The position numbers were made by a program, and so were the translations under genes. Shown piece by piece: positions 1 through 12,683 of a stretch of 64,000 nt of DNA; the stretch's first letter is position 1, and every line of letters starts with the position of its first letter. This stretch comes from Oikopleura dioica (Eukaryota; Animalia; Chordata), in assembly GCA_907165135.1 (NCBI GenBank), contig OU015570.1, forward strand, positions 2,811,929-2,875,928. Reading direction: 5' to 3'. The notes below the pieces were generated by a model. The model had not been told where the DNA came from. It did no database searches and saw nothing but the letters and a program-made list of their open reading frames with translations.

Positions 1-1128
1 ATTTTTTATAGTCGAATTTGTATATTTAAAATAGAGATCATTATATAAAAAGCCTTTCCTTGATAAATATAAATAGTACGCTGTGCTGGAATATCTATTC
101 CGGAATTGCAAATTATTCTTTGATAAACCTTTGATTTATAAGAATTTATGAGTTTCATGTCGAGACACTCGTAAAACTGCAGCAAATTTTCTTTTCAATA
201 AGCAATGAGCTCAAAAAAGCAATCAAAATAAAAATTAAGACAATCAATGAAAAAAATCCCTTAATATTATTTGCAATTCTCATCTAAAGAGCTTTTATCA
301 AATTTGTCCAAACAATGAAGATAAGCCGGTAAACGATTGAGAAAACGATGAATAACTGCTGGTCTTAATAACACTATTTTAATGAGATAAAAATTGTAAA
401 AACCTGTCGCCAAACATGATTATCATTTCAGAGAGTCTCAAGTTAAACATTTTGGTTGATTGTCCCATTTTAAAAGTATGACAAAGGGTGATCAAATAAT
501 CAAAATAAATCTAATCTGAATTTTGATCTCCTTTCGAAGAGTGAGGCTTAGAAAAAAGCAGGAATAAGTGATTCTTACGCAATTTCATTCATTCCTAGCA
601 TCAAGTTTTCTCGAATACGTCTCAGGTCCAAATTCTTCTTTAGAAAATAGAAAACGGCAAAGATGTTTGTCGTTTGAACCAGAATCGGCAGACGCGCCAC
701 TTTCAACATTATTTTTCAAAAAATTTTCGAATTTTGTTTTCATTTCCGTCATTTCAGCACAATCGACGATTTCTATGCATGCAATTTTAGCAGGAGGCAC
801 TTCATCATCGTGATCCAAATTGTAAGTTTTCTATAAAACAAATAAAGCGTTAACTCATGAATCCTTATTTAATCATTTAGCAGGCCCGTAAAAGTAAAAT
901 GAGTGGTCGATCGCAAGACCGGATTCATGATTCTACTGAATCACAGATTGGCAAAGCCTAGGCAAAATTGACCACCCTGTTAATGGAACAAAAAAGAATC
1001 AAACCTGTCGGCTTTTTCTCTTCGCTTGTGTTGATCGTCCAAAATAAAAAATAGTATCGGGTTTTTTTTTGAATCCAGCAGATAACCAGTTTTGCGCTTG
1101 AAATTCCTTGTCTCTATTGGCCAGGCGA

Positions 1129-1989
1129 TGTAAGGGAGAATATCCCTTACAATAGTGTCTGAGTGGAGAGAGCAGTATCCTGTTCTCAGTAACAGAGACT
1201 TACCCGGTGTTTGGTCGCCGGAGGGCGCTAATTGAGTGAAAATGCTAGGCAAGAGTTTCTCTTGCCCGTAGCAAATGCCTGTGATCATTTCTGGTTACTT
1301 CCGGTAACTTCCGGTTCACTTCCGGTGACGTCAGGTGACTTCCGGTTCACTTCCGGTTCACCTCTAAATCATTGCTATAAGTGTACATCCATTCATATAC
1401 CTTACAAGAGCATAACTGAGCTAATGCTCACTTGAAACAGCGCCACCTGGTGCATGCTCTCGCGCCCCACCTAGTGTCAGCTCTCGAGCGCCACCTAGTG
1501 GACAATCAGGAATAGCTCTCTAGTGACCTCTAGTGGTGGCTCAGTTGCGCCACCTATGGTGAGCACAAAACTTGAGATCTCATCCTGATTCATCAGTGAC
1601 TGAGGATCGACTTCATTCGATGAAGGTCCTGGAACATTCTGGACACCCTTACTCACTATGACTCACGATTACGAAGGATGACATCATTTGGAGAATCTAC
1701 TCGAATATTCCATCACTGTTCTAAGAAGCTTGAAGATTCATCTATCCCGATCAAGGAGCTTCTCGACTGTTCTTATTTTCCCTTTTCTGTACTATATAAA
1801 GCGTGCACCTTGCTGTTAGCTCATTATTATAATTCAGTAGAATAAAACCGACAAAAACAACTTGACTCTCTTTTATCCAGCAGAAACCAGCAGTACCCGA
1901 AGAAGCGACAGCAAGTGCAGCACCAACAACTAGGACTCATAGAGTACTAGTGGACTAGAGAGACCCCCCAGAGATTCTTCTCCTTTATA
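1129..1989 (+). repeat. 5' LTR of element 1
   Basis: Starts TGTAAGGGAGAA, ends TTCTCCTTTATA; contains a TATATAAA box (~1793) and AATAAA (~1841). Confidence 0.92.
1297..1561. promoter_or_regulatory. LTR motif cluster: 5x ACTTCCGGT (ETS-like), TGACGTCA (CRE-like), 5x CTCF-like CGCCACCTAGTGG variants
   Basis: Motifs read directly at 1297-1357 and 1438-1561, repeated in the 3' LTR (+1904). Factor assignment is by consensus similarity only. Confidence 0.55.
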
Positions 1990-3034
1990 TTGGTGACTGA
2001 AGTGCCGAATTCCCGCCCTATAAAGAGAATGGACCCAATGATTAATTTGTGACCAGGGTGAGTCAAAGTGAGCGGAGTTCAACCATATGTTGAGCCACCG
2101 ACAGACGAGCCTTTAGGAAGCAAATTAATCGGAATATGCCAGTCAAAAAAGTGCATGGGTTTTATTGCATAAGACGCGAAAATTTGGCTGTTATATTTTT
2201 CTGAGATATGTTTCGTTGAAAAGACCTACACCGAAGCCTGATTGGCTTAAATTGTTTAATGAAAATTAGCCGAAGTTATGACTCAGAATGTCATGTTGTC
2301 CTGAGATAATAATCTCTAATGACGAATATTTTTGCGCGAAATTCAAAATTTCAATTTCACCGACCAAAATTTTACCGAAATAAGGATTATTTTCGTTTGA
2401 GAAGAACCAAGCATAGATGAAAAGTATATTTCTTGACGAAATGAAAATTGTAGTTAAAGCGTGATAAAGCGATAAGAAATTAAGCGAAAATTTTTTATTC
2501 TCGGTAAAGGAATTGAAACGAATAAATTGGCTACCGTACTCAATTTATCAATGAAGTGAAGGTAACAAAATTTCGATTCAAGAGAATGATTGAATATGAC
2601 GGCAAATAAGACCTCAAACGAGAAAGGAGGCAGCTAGTTCAAGGAATATTCAAGAAGAAAAGATCCGGGACTAGGGATATCGTGGAAGAATCCAGGTATC
2701 ATATTCTCACAAGATGATGAGAATGGCCGTTATTGAAGATAAAAGTTTAGGCGAGTCTAAGATTTTGGAACCTAAGTGGAATCGATTTGTTGAGTCCCAA
2801 AGTCAATGATTTTGAAATAGAGCAATTGAGAACGACATGATATGTCAGAGTCATGATCTGCTACAAATTAAAATTGTAAAAACTTACGACTAGAAAATGC
2901 AATCTAACTGAAAAACCCGACATAAAAGCGGCTAGTCAAAGTTCAAGTGATAGATCGAAAGTACAGAAAAATCTGAACGTAAAAGTAAAGGTCAACGATA
3001 AGAATTTTTTCTTTTTCCGATGAGGGGGAGGAGA

Positions 3035-3893
3035 TGTAAGGGAGAATATCCCTTACAATAGTGTCTGAGTGGAGAGAGCAGTATCCTGTTCTCAGTAACA
3101 GAGACTTACCCGGTGTTTGGTCGCCGAAGCGCTAATTGAGTGAAAATGCTAGGCAAGAGTTTCTCTTGCCCGTAGCAAATGCCTGTGATCATTTCTGGTT
3201 ACTTCCGGTAACTTCCGGTTCACTTCCGGTGACGTCAGGTGACTTCCGGTTCACTTCCGGTTCACCTCTAAATCATTGCTATAAGTGTACATCCATTCAT
3301 ATACCTTACAAGAGCATAACTGAGCTAATGCTCACTTGAAACAGCGCCACCTGGTGCATGCTCTCGCGCCCCACCTAGTGTCAGCTCTTGAGCGCCACCT
3401 AGTGGACACTCAGGAATAGCTCTCTAGTGACCTCTAGTGGTGGCTCAGTTGCGCCACCTATGGTGAGCACAAAACTTGAGATCTCATCCTGATTCATCAG
3501 TGACTGAGGATCGACTTCATTCGATGAAGGTCCTGGAACATTCTGGACACCCTTACTCACTATGACTCACGATTACGAAGGATGACATCATTTGGAGAAT
3601 CTACTCGAATATTCCATCACTGTTCTAAGAAGCTTGAAGATTCATCTATCCCGATCAAGGAGCTTCTCGACTGTTCTTATTTTCCCTTTTCTGTACTATA
3701 TAAAGCGTGCACCTTGCTGTTAGTTCATTATTATAATTCAGTAGAATAAAACCGACAAAAACAACTTGACTCTCTTTTATCCAGCAGAAACCAGCAGTAC
3801 CCGAAGAAGCGACAGCAAGTGCAGCACCAACAACTAGGACTCATAGAGTACTAGTGGACTAGAGAGACCCCCCAGAGATTCTTCTCCTTTATA
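3035..3893 (+). repeat. 3' LTR of element 1
   Basis: Near-identical copy of 1129-1989. Confidence 0.92.
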
Positions 3894-4416
3894 GGCGATG
3901 CAATCAGAGGCGCTCCAAATTTTTTCTTGCATTTTTTTGATGTACCTGAATTTCTTTTCCAAAATTTAATGTAAACAAATTCTTACTCTTGTAGCTCTGG
4001 AATTGTCCGTTATCTTTTCGTACATGAATACCAGGAGTGGTAGCTTTCCGATTGATATTTTTTCAGAAATTTGGGAGCAAATTCACTTTTATCGTTTAGC
4101 ATTACTGTAATCAACCTTCGAAAGGTCAGAGGTAAACGTTCATTGTTGCAAGAGACATCGAAAAGAAGGAAAAAAAGTAAAAAAAAACTCTCATTTTTTG
4201 GAATGTTGTTTTCAGGTTGCCGAATATTTATCAGCGCCCTTTAAAAATCGCCAGTCAAACAATAGCCCAAAGACAATAAAGACGTGTCATATTGCCATTG
4301 ACGAAATGTCGCCCTTTTCGCGAACCAATGATGGAATAAGCTTTAAATTTGTTTTTTTGGGTTTAACCTTAGTCGCAATAAAATGACAAGGCTATTTAAA
4401 TTTAAGATTAAATAAA

Positions 4417-4654
4417 GCCCCGTCGCTAGAATTTAGTCAGTTGAGGAGCCGAAACTGAATTTAATTAGCGGGCTGTCCTCCCCTTCGGGTCGGCTTGGCT
4501 CCTCACCTGACTGAATTCTAGCGACGAGACAAGCCTCCCCTACGGGTCGGCTTGGCCCCCGATCTTACTGAATTCAAGAAACGGGGCTGGCCTTACCTTC
4601 GGGTCGGCTTGGCCCCTTACCTGACTGAATTCTAGCGACGAGACTGGCCTCCCC
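4417..4654. repeat. ~57-bp tandem repeat array (unit GCCTCCCCTTCGGGTCGGCTTGGCCCCTTACCTGACTGAATTCTAGCGACGAGAC), left part
   Basis: 3-4 degenerate units plus one inverted partial unit at 4420-4450. The array continues at 9151-9375 after the hAT insertion and is duplicated at 13707-13930. Confidence 0.85.
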
Positions 4655-5224
4655 TAGGGTTCCGCACGATTGGAGGACCTTATTTTTCAAAATCCAAATC
4701 CTTATTGTATTAAGAATTGACTTTTTATAAAGTTTAGGTTTTCGAATACGGCGAAAAAATGATGATATTAATATTCCGATTCACCATCGGAGTCGCCGAT
4801 TTCTCTCGGTTTTCATACTTCTAGTGGCAGCACAAACTTCGCGTTGCCAAATTATGATAGCGATAAAATAAAAAATCATTTTTCTTTTTGAAAGTTTCTC
4901 TAAAAATTCACCGTTTTCTTGTGCTGGTAGTTTTAATTCTAGCAGTTTGTTATGAATCGCCGTGAGAAAGCTAGGTGCGCTCTGATTGGTTAAAAACGAA
5001 GCAGCCTCTGGAGGCCCTCTTATAACGGAAGAATGATTATTCTTATGAAACCAGAAAGAACTTATTAGAATAATTAAAAAATCCAAAAACTGCCTCAAAA
5101 TTCAACCCCTCACTTTGGTCTAATGCCCCTCTCAAAGTGCAAATCGACCTGCAGAAGTATCTATCCACCAAGTTTATCGCCAGTGACTGTCCAACTGTGC
5201 AAAAACATTCGTCGCGTTTCTTAA

Positions 5225-5526
5225 CTTATCCGATCATGCTGATTCTACCAAAAATAAAGATTAGCGTCTATACTTTTAGATAAACGAAAAGATTTTGAAT
5301 CCCAAAGCCCAAAAAAGTAGATACGATTTGAAAATGACCTAAAATGGCCATTTTTCAAAATGTTAATCACTTTGACGGCCTCTAATGCATAAGCGAATGT
5401 TTTGCTGGCAAGCTGATTCTACCAGAATTTGCTCCTTTCGAAGCGGGCTTTCTAATGCGCCCAAAACCAGCTACGTAAGCTCAAAAAAGTAGATAGAGGT
5501 CAAAGTTGGTGAGATCGGGGGATCCC
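5225..5526 (-). mobile_element. Fragment of the TTAA-flanked MITE family seen at 17585-18267, nested in the hAT (second copy 9762-10073)
   Basis: Reverse-complement match to 17585-17903; ends GGGGGATCCC-TTAA; TTAA on both sides. Confidence 0.75.
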
Positions 5527-5795
5527 TTAAATAGGGGGACTAGGGGCGAAAAATGATAGCTGTCTCTTCTTTTAGAAACTCTACTCTCTTTCAAATAAAG
5601 TTTCTGTTCTTGCGCTTGATGTGCTGTCTCAGTCTTTTCTTGACGTAGAAGTTCTAGAAATTAAAAAGCATTTTTTTTCTCGAAAACTTAATTTTTTTTC
5701 TAGATTACAATTTCAGCCTAAATTTTTAACGCAATAAAATTCATTCGAATTTTTGAATCATTGAGCGAGTAATTTTTCTCAATTTTATCGTCAAG

Positions 5796-8136
5796 ATGTT
5801 TTCTTTCAACAAGCGATCTTTTATGAAGTTCCTTCGCGCACCGCTTATTATTAAGCCTTCCAACACGAAAGTCCGATTCACCGGCTTTTCAAGAGAATAC
5901 CTCGAAACTATCTTAGAGAATTCCGAAGAATGGGAGAAAATTGCAAAGAAACATTCGAGAAACACTTCTGGATTTTATTCAGCGATAATTCCCTATCTCG
6001 AAGGTATGATACATCTAAGTTATTTTTTCTATCCTCCTTCATAGACATCATCACAAACCAACCAGAACTTGTCTTTGACAATTGCTTGAAAGGAATGAAA
6101 TTGACAAAGAAAAAAAATCAGGTTCGTCGAGACCTTGAGCACTGGTTTCGAATCGAAAACGAGTTTTTTTCGAAGGAAGATTGCGTTACTTTTGCGGCGA
6201 AAGATCTTGGAACCCGATCGACTGGTCTGTCGCAAATATTGAAAACGACTGAAATCAACGAAGACAACAACGACAAAATGAACGAGGCGTTCATTGAAGA
6301 TTCTGGTGAGCTTGAGGAAGAATGGATGCCTGAATCAGAAGAAATAATCCAAGAAGATGAAGTTGTCGACAAAATCCAGGAAGCAAATGATGAGCCGGAA
6401 CGGGTTAAAGATAAATCGCCGATCACCGATATTTTTCTTCGCAGCGGGAAACTTCCTAGTAACGGAAAAGGTGGTGATAACAGAACTTGGAGTCCCAAAT
6501 TTATCAACTTGTCGCTGGAAATGCTTATTAAAGGAGAAACAGCAAGTAGCATCCACAATTTCTTTAAAACGACAGCAAAGTATTATCCCGAGCTTCTGGG
6601 CGAAGAAAAAAGAGTTCCATCGCCTGACTGGTTTGAGCGACTTCGTGATTCATTGAAGTATTTGAACGAAGAGCACACCAAAGATGTCATTCTTAAAGGC
6701 AAACGATTCCACCTCGCAAGTGACGGCGCAGCCATGTTAGATGCATCCAAAACGATTTCAGTCGGGCTGATAGACGAGTCTGGCAAGCTTCATCTCATCG
6801 GAACCGAGCGTTCGATCGGAGGTACAAGTCAAATAATTGCCGACCAAATGATTGCGATCATAAACAAGACCAGTTTGGGACGAGTCATCGGCGAGAAGAT
6901 TGATCTCCTTATGTCTGACCAGCAGTCAGCTCAAATCAACGCAAACGCAATCGTTGCAGAAAAACTGACGCGGGAAATCAACAAGGAAGCACCTCCATCA
7001 CTCTTTTGTGCGATGCACTGCGTTTCGAACTGCGACAAGAACAGCTGTTCTGCGTTAAAAGAGGTCAATGAAGAAGCATTTACCTTACTGGAACTTGTGA
7101 AGAGTGTCTTCGGAAAACCAGAAAAATTTGGGTACGTCCAACAGGATGGTCGCCGATCGCTTCAGCTGCTTCTTAAATACGATTTGGAGAGCACCAGAAC
7201 AAAGATTTTCTCTCATGATCTAGGTAACTTCCTTCGAATGATTTTTCTCAATTAATGTTAATAGGCAAGCGCTTCGGTAATGACTGTCGCAACTCGGGCG
7301 CTCTTGTGAGACATTTTCCGACGGTGATGAACGCGACAAAGCACATGATGACAAGAAGTTTTGAGGACAGCAAGTTTCACCAGATCCACAAACTTTGCTC
7401 CGGTCGAGATAATGGGGTTTTGCTCGACGCTGCAACATTGTTCCTGAACTACTGCGCGAACATCAATCATTTCCACAAGAAGATCTCAAAGGTGAACAAC
7501 GAAGCTCTGTCTTTCCTGGGATTGAAAGACTTGTTCCAGTCAGTGATTCAGCGAATGGAGACGATTGTTGATTCAAACGAGCCGTATTCGTGTCTTTTGG
7601 AGAAGGCGGCTCTGATGTCTTCATCCGAGGAATCTAAAAAAACCGTGGAACTGATTGAAGAAAGATTCCAGAAGGTTTCCGCAACAAGAATCAAGCGACT
7701 GAACACTGTTGCTGTTGCTGTTGTCGGTGGAAGTCTGAAGAAATACATGAAGGATTTCGGGCTTCTAAAGGATTTGAACTTGCCAGACGACAGAAAAATT
7801 AGTTGCTCGAACAGAGCAGTCGGTAATTTTCTTTTGAATAAAGCATATCTGAATTTCAATTAAGAATCGTCCTTCGCCACTCTCAAGGGATTTGAGAAAT
7901 CAATCCAAAATCTATGCCACGAAAAGATGTACGAAAACGGGCGAGCCAAATTCAACAAGCTGAATGAATGGCTGGATGATCTTAAGCCGCACGAAGCAGA
8001 ATCGAAGCTGATGGCGGCTTTTAGAAGCCAGAAAACTCAGCGCGAAGAGAGAAAAAGAAGAAGCCTACAGGAAGACCAACGCCAGCTAGCGCTCATACCG
8101 CGAAAATTTAAAAAATCTGTCATTGTTCCACAGTAA
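5796..8136 (+). CDS. hAT-type DD(CxxH)E transposase, 4 exons (5796-6003, 6045-7223, 7265-7822, 7865-8136), 738 aa
   Basis: GT-AG introns of 41, 41 and 42 bp join the ORF-track pieces into one 2217-nt frame. Motifs: FHLASDG (D1), LLMSDQ (D2), CAMH, and SNRAVESSF (E, formed across intron 3). The 5' start is uncertain. Confidence 0.85.
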
Positions 8137-10342
8137 ATTTAAAATGTAAATTCTGAAAATCACTATGTCGTTATAACTTCTCTTTTTCTTTCACTCAATT
8201 TCGCAGGGTCCCGCAATTTTTCCACTTTTGAGAGTCGATAGAATTAGACGAATAAGGGCTCTATAGAAAGCTTAAATTTGGCCGCTTTTTCAAAAATAAA
8301 AATTTTCCATCAGAATTGGGCCCAAATGATGCTATTTCTGATCATTTTTCGCTTTTTAAAGTGTCTATCATTTATAATGACTAAATTCTAATAACCAGAT
8401 AATATATAAAGCAAAAAATATTTCGAAAATAATAAATAATAAGCATATCATAAATAGGCAGAATATAAACAAGTAAAAATTTCAAGAAAATTCATTAATA
8501 ATCTGAGAATCCCATTTTTGAAGATTTCGAAACTTTGCTATTTTCAAAATGAGCCCTCATCCTTTAAAAACCTTTAAAAAACCGACCAAAAAAGTAGTTC
8601 GAAGTCAAAGTTGACGAAATCGGGGATTGATTAAAATCCAAAAAATGTCCGGAAACTTTGACTCCGGAAATTTCGAGTCGAAACTCGGTAAACGGGACCA
8701 CCCCCAAGTAGCTGTTGGCTGAGTGGTGAGCGCAGTCCTTCAAAAGGATTGGCGGACGGGCGTGAGCTCGAATCTCAAAAAGAATTTTTCTTTTTCGAGG
8801 CCCATCCGCGTTTTCCATGTTGAAGCTAGAAAGCCAAACATGGAAAAGGGGGTGCGTTCGAGCTGGCTTCGAGCTCGCCGCCTCCTCTTTGCAAAGAGAA
8901 GCGCTCACCACTCAGCCAACTCCAGGGCGACGGTGGTTAGCATTACCCGATTTATATTCCCGCGACGAGCGCCAGCCAATCAGCGCGCAGCAGGCCTCTT
9001 TGGCAAAATTTACTTTGAAGCCCTAAAAAGGGCTGAAGGGGGGATTTTTGGGGAAAACAGAGGCCAGGAATGAGTTCCTTGGCATATTTTTGGTGGAATC
9101 TCCAAATTTTATTAAAAAATAAATTTTTGGTCCAATCGTGCGGAACCCTAGCCTCCCCTTCGGGTCGGCTTTGCCTCCCACCAGACTGAATTCTAGCGAC
9201 GAGACGGGCCTCCCCTTCGGGTCGGCTAGGCCTCTTTCCTGACTGAATTCTATCAACGGGACGGGCCTCCCCTTTGGGTCGGCTAAGCCCCTTACCTGAC
9301 TGAATTATAGTGATGGAGATGGCCTCCCCTTCGGGTCGGCTTGGCCTTTACCTAACTGAATTCAAGAAAGGGGGCTGTTTCAGGCACTTTGAAGTAAACT
9401 CCACTTTAATCTCGTGAATAAACCGATCTTTTGGTCTTCAAGCTGTAAGTCTTCCACCCGAGGGTTCCTCCAGGTGGTCCTTCGGAATAAAGTGACTTAA
9501 AGTGGCCGAACGTGGGAACTTGTGAACATTTAAGGCTCTTTATTGATATTTTCTCTATTTTTGTTTTCAAGCAGTCTGGTTGGTCTTAAAGAAAGTAATA
9601 TGGCAATTACTTTCTATTCAAGGCTTCATTTTTCATTTGTATTTAATTTTTAAATATTTGTCTTCCAGCAACCTGTCTTCCAGCAGAAGGGTCCTCCTAT
9701 CCACCAAGTTTATCGCCAGTGACTGTCCAACTGTGCAAAAAACATTCGTCGCGTTTCTTAACTTATCCGATCATGCTGATTCTACCAAAAAATAAAGATT
9801 AGCGTCTATACTTTTAGATAAACGAAAAAGATTTTGAATCCCAAAGCCCAAAAAAAGTAGATACGATTTGAAAATGACCTAAAATGGCCATTTTTCAAAA
9901 TGTTAATCACTTTGACGGCCTCTAATGCATAAGCGAATGTTTTGCTGGCAAGCTGATTCTACCAGAATTTGCTCCTTTCGAAGCGGGCTTTCTAATGCGC
10001 CCAAAACCAGCTACGTAAGCTCAAAAAAAAGTAGATAGAGGTCAAAGTTGGTGAGATCGGGGGGGGGGATCCCTTAAATAGGGGGACTAGGGGCGAAAAA
10101 TGATAGCTGTCTCTTCTTTTAGAAACTCTACTCTCTTTCAAATAAAGTTTCTGTTCTTGCGCTTGATGTGCTGTCTCAGTCTTTTCTTGACGTAGAAGTT
10201 CTAGAAATTAAAAAGCATTTTTTTTCTCGAAAACTTAATTTTTTTTCTAGATTACAATTTCAGCCTAAATTTTTAACGCAATAAAATTCATTCGAATTTT
10301 TGAATCATTGAGCGAGTAATATTTCTCAATTTTATCGTCAAG

Positions 10343-12683
10343 ATGTTTTCTTTCAACAAGCGATCTTTTATGAAGTTCCTTCGCGCACCGCTTATTATTA
10401 AGCCTTCCAACACGAAAGTCCGATTCACCGGCTTTTCAAGAGAATACCTCGAAACTATCTTAGAGAATTCCGAAGAATGGGAGAAAATTGCAAAGAAACA
10501 TTCGAGAAACACTTCTGGATTTTATTCAGCGATAATTCCCTATCTCGAAGGTATGATACATCTAAGTTATTTTTTCTATCCTCCTTCATAGACATCATCA
10601 CAAACCAACCAGAACTTGTCTTTGACAATTGCTTGAAAGGAATGAAATTGACAAAGAAAAAAAATCAGGTTCGTCGAGACCTCGAGCACTGGTTTCGAAT
10701 CGAAAATGAGTTTTTTTCGAAGGAAGATTGCGTTACTTTTGCGGCGAAAGATCTTGGAACCCGATCGACTGGTCTGTCGCAAATATTGAAAACGACTGAA
10801 ATCAACGAAGACAACAACGACAAAATGAACGAGGCGTTCATTGAAGATTCTGGTGAGCTTGAGGAAGAATGGATGCCTGAATCAGAAGAAATAATCCAAG
10901 AAGATGAAGTTGTCGACAAAATCCAGGAAGCAAATGATGAGCCGGAACGGGTTAAAGATAAATCGCCGATCACCGATATTTTTCTTCGCAGCGGGAAACT
11001 TCCTAGTAACGGAAAAGGTGGTGATAACAGAACTTGGAGTCCCAAATTTATCAACTTGTCGCTGGAAATGCTTATTAAAGGAGAAACAGCAAGTAGCATC
11101 CACAATTTCTTTAAAACGACAGCAAAGTATTATCCCGAGCTTCTGGGCGAAGAAAAAAGAGTTCCATCGCCTGACTGGTTTGAGCGACTTCGTGATTCAT
11201 TGAAGTATTTGAACGAAGAGCACACCAAAGATGTCATTCTTAAAGGCAAACGATTCCACCTCGCAAGTGACGGCGCAGCCATGTTAGATGCATCCAAAAC
11301 GATTTCAGTCGGGCTGATAGACGAGTCTGGCAAGCTTCATCTCATCGGAACCGAGCGTTCGATCGGAGGTACAAGTCAAATAATTGCCGACCAAATGATT
11401 GCGATCATAAACAAGACCAGTTTGGGACGAGTCATCGGCGAGAAGATTGATCTCCTTATGTCTGACCAGCAGTCAGCTCAAATCAACGCAAACGCAATCG
11501 TTGCAGAAAAACTGACGCGGGAAATCAACAAGGAAGCACCTCCATCACTCTTTTGTGCGATGCACTGCGTTTCGAACTGCGACAAGAACAGCTGTTCTGC
11601 GTTAAAAGAGGTCAATGAAGAAGCATTTACCTTACTGGAACTTGTGAAGAGTGTCTTCGGAAAACCAGAAAAATTTGGGTACGTCCAACAGGATGGTCGC
11701 CGATCGCTTCAGCTGCTTCTTAAATACGATTTGGAGAGCACCAGAACAAAGATTTTCTCTCATGATCTAGGTAACTTCCTTCGAATGATTTTTCTCAATT
11801 AATGTTAATAGGCAAGCGCTTCGGTAATGACTGTCGCAACTCGGGCGCTCTTGTGAGACATTTTCCGACGGTGATGAACGCGACAAAGCACATGATGACA
11901 AGAAGTTTTGAGGACAGCAAGTTTCACCAGATCCACAAACTTTGCTCCGGTCGAGATAATGGGGTTTTGCTCGACGCTGCAACATTGTTCCTGAACTACT
12001 GCGCGAACATCAATCATTTCCACAAGAAGATCTCAAAGGTGAACAACGAAGCTCTGTCTTTCCTGGGATTAAAAGACTTGTTCCAGTCAGTGATTCAGCG
12101 AATGAAGACGATTGTTGATTCAAACGAGCCGTATTCGTGTCTTTTGGAGAAGGCGGCTCTGATGTCTTCATCCGAGGAATCTAAAAAAACCGTGGAACTG
12201 ATTGAAGAAAGATTCCAGAAGGTTTCCGCAACAAGAATCAAGCGACTGAACACTGTTGCTGTTGCTGTTGTCGGTGGAAGTCTGAAGAAATACATGAAGG
12301 ATTTCGGGCTTCTAAAGGATTTGAACTTGCCAGACGACAGAAAAATTAGTTGCTCGAACAGAGCAGTCGGTAATTTTCTTTTGAATAAAGCATATCTGAA
12401 TTTCAATTAAGAATCGTCCTTCGCCACTCTCAAGGGATTTGAGAAATCAATCCAAAATCTATGCCACGAAAAGATGTACGAAAACGGGCGAGCCAAATTC
12501 AACAAGCTGAATGAATGGCTGGATGATCTTAAGCCGCACGAAGCAGAATCGAAGCTGATGGCGGCTTTTAGAAGCCAGAAAACTCAGCGCGAAGAGAGAA
12601 AAAGAAGAAGCCTACAGGAAGACCAACGCCAGCTAGCGCTCATACCGCGAAAATTTAAAAAATCTGTCATTGTTCCACAGTAA
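10343..12683 (+). CDS. Second copy of the spliced hAT transposase (exons 10343-10550, 10592-11770, 11812-12369, 12412-12683)
   Basis: Offset +4547 copy of 5796-8136; one visible amino-acid change (METIVD to MKTIVD). Confidence 0.83.

Larger units (their letters stand above)
1129..3893 (+). mobile_element. Non-autonomous LTR retrotransposon (two ~860-bp LTRs, ~1-kb non-coding internal region)
   Basis: Direct repeats 1129-1989 and 3035-3893 with only about 4-5 differences. 5-bp TSD GGCGA at 1124-1128 and 3894-3898. PBS TGGTGACTGAA follows the 5' LTR; PPT GAGGGGGAGGAGA precedes the 3' LTR. No gag/pol ORF inside. Confidence 0.92.
4655..9150 (+). mobile_element. hAT DNA transposon, 4496 bp, apparently autonomous
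   Basis: Perfect 20-bp TIRs TAGGGTTCCGCACGATTGGA (4655-4674) and TCCAATCGTGCGGAACCCTA (9131-9150); 8-bp TSD GCCTCCCC (4647-4654, 9151-9158); internal transposase. Confidence 0.93.

Noticed and set aside
585-818. 77-aa minus-strand ORF as a host gene
   Set aside because: Plausible exon, but no recognisable domain and no reliable exon chain; neighbouring frames contain stops.
1232-1435. 67-aa ORF in both LTRs of element 1
   Set aside because: Non-ATG start, and the protein merely reflects the ACTTCCGGT repeats.
6029-7859. Minus-strand ORFs over the hAT transposase (and similar shadows over gag, pol and env)
   Set aside because: Antisense shadows of real coding sequence with no motifs.
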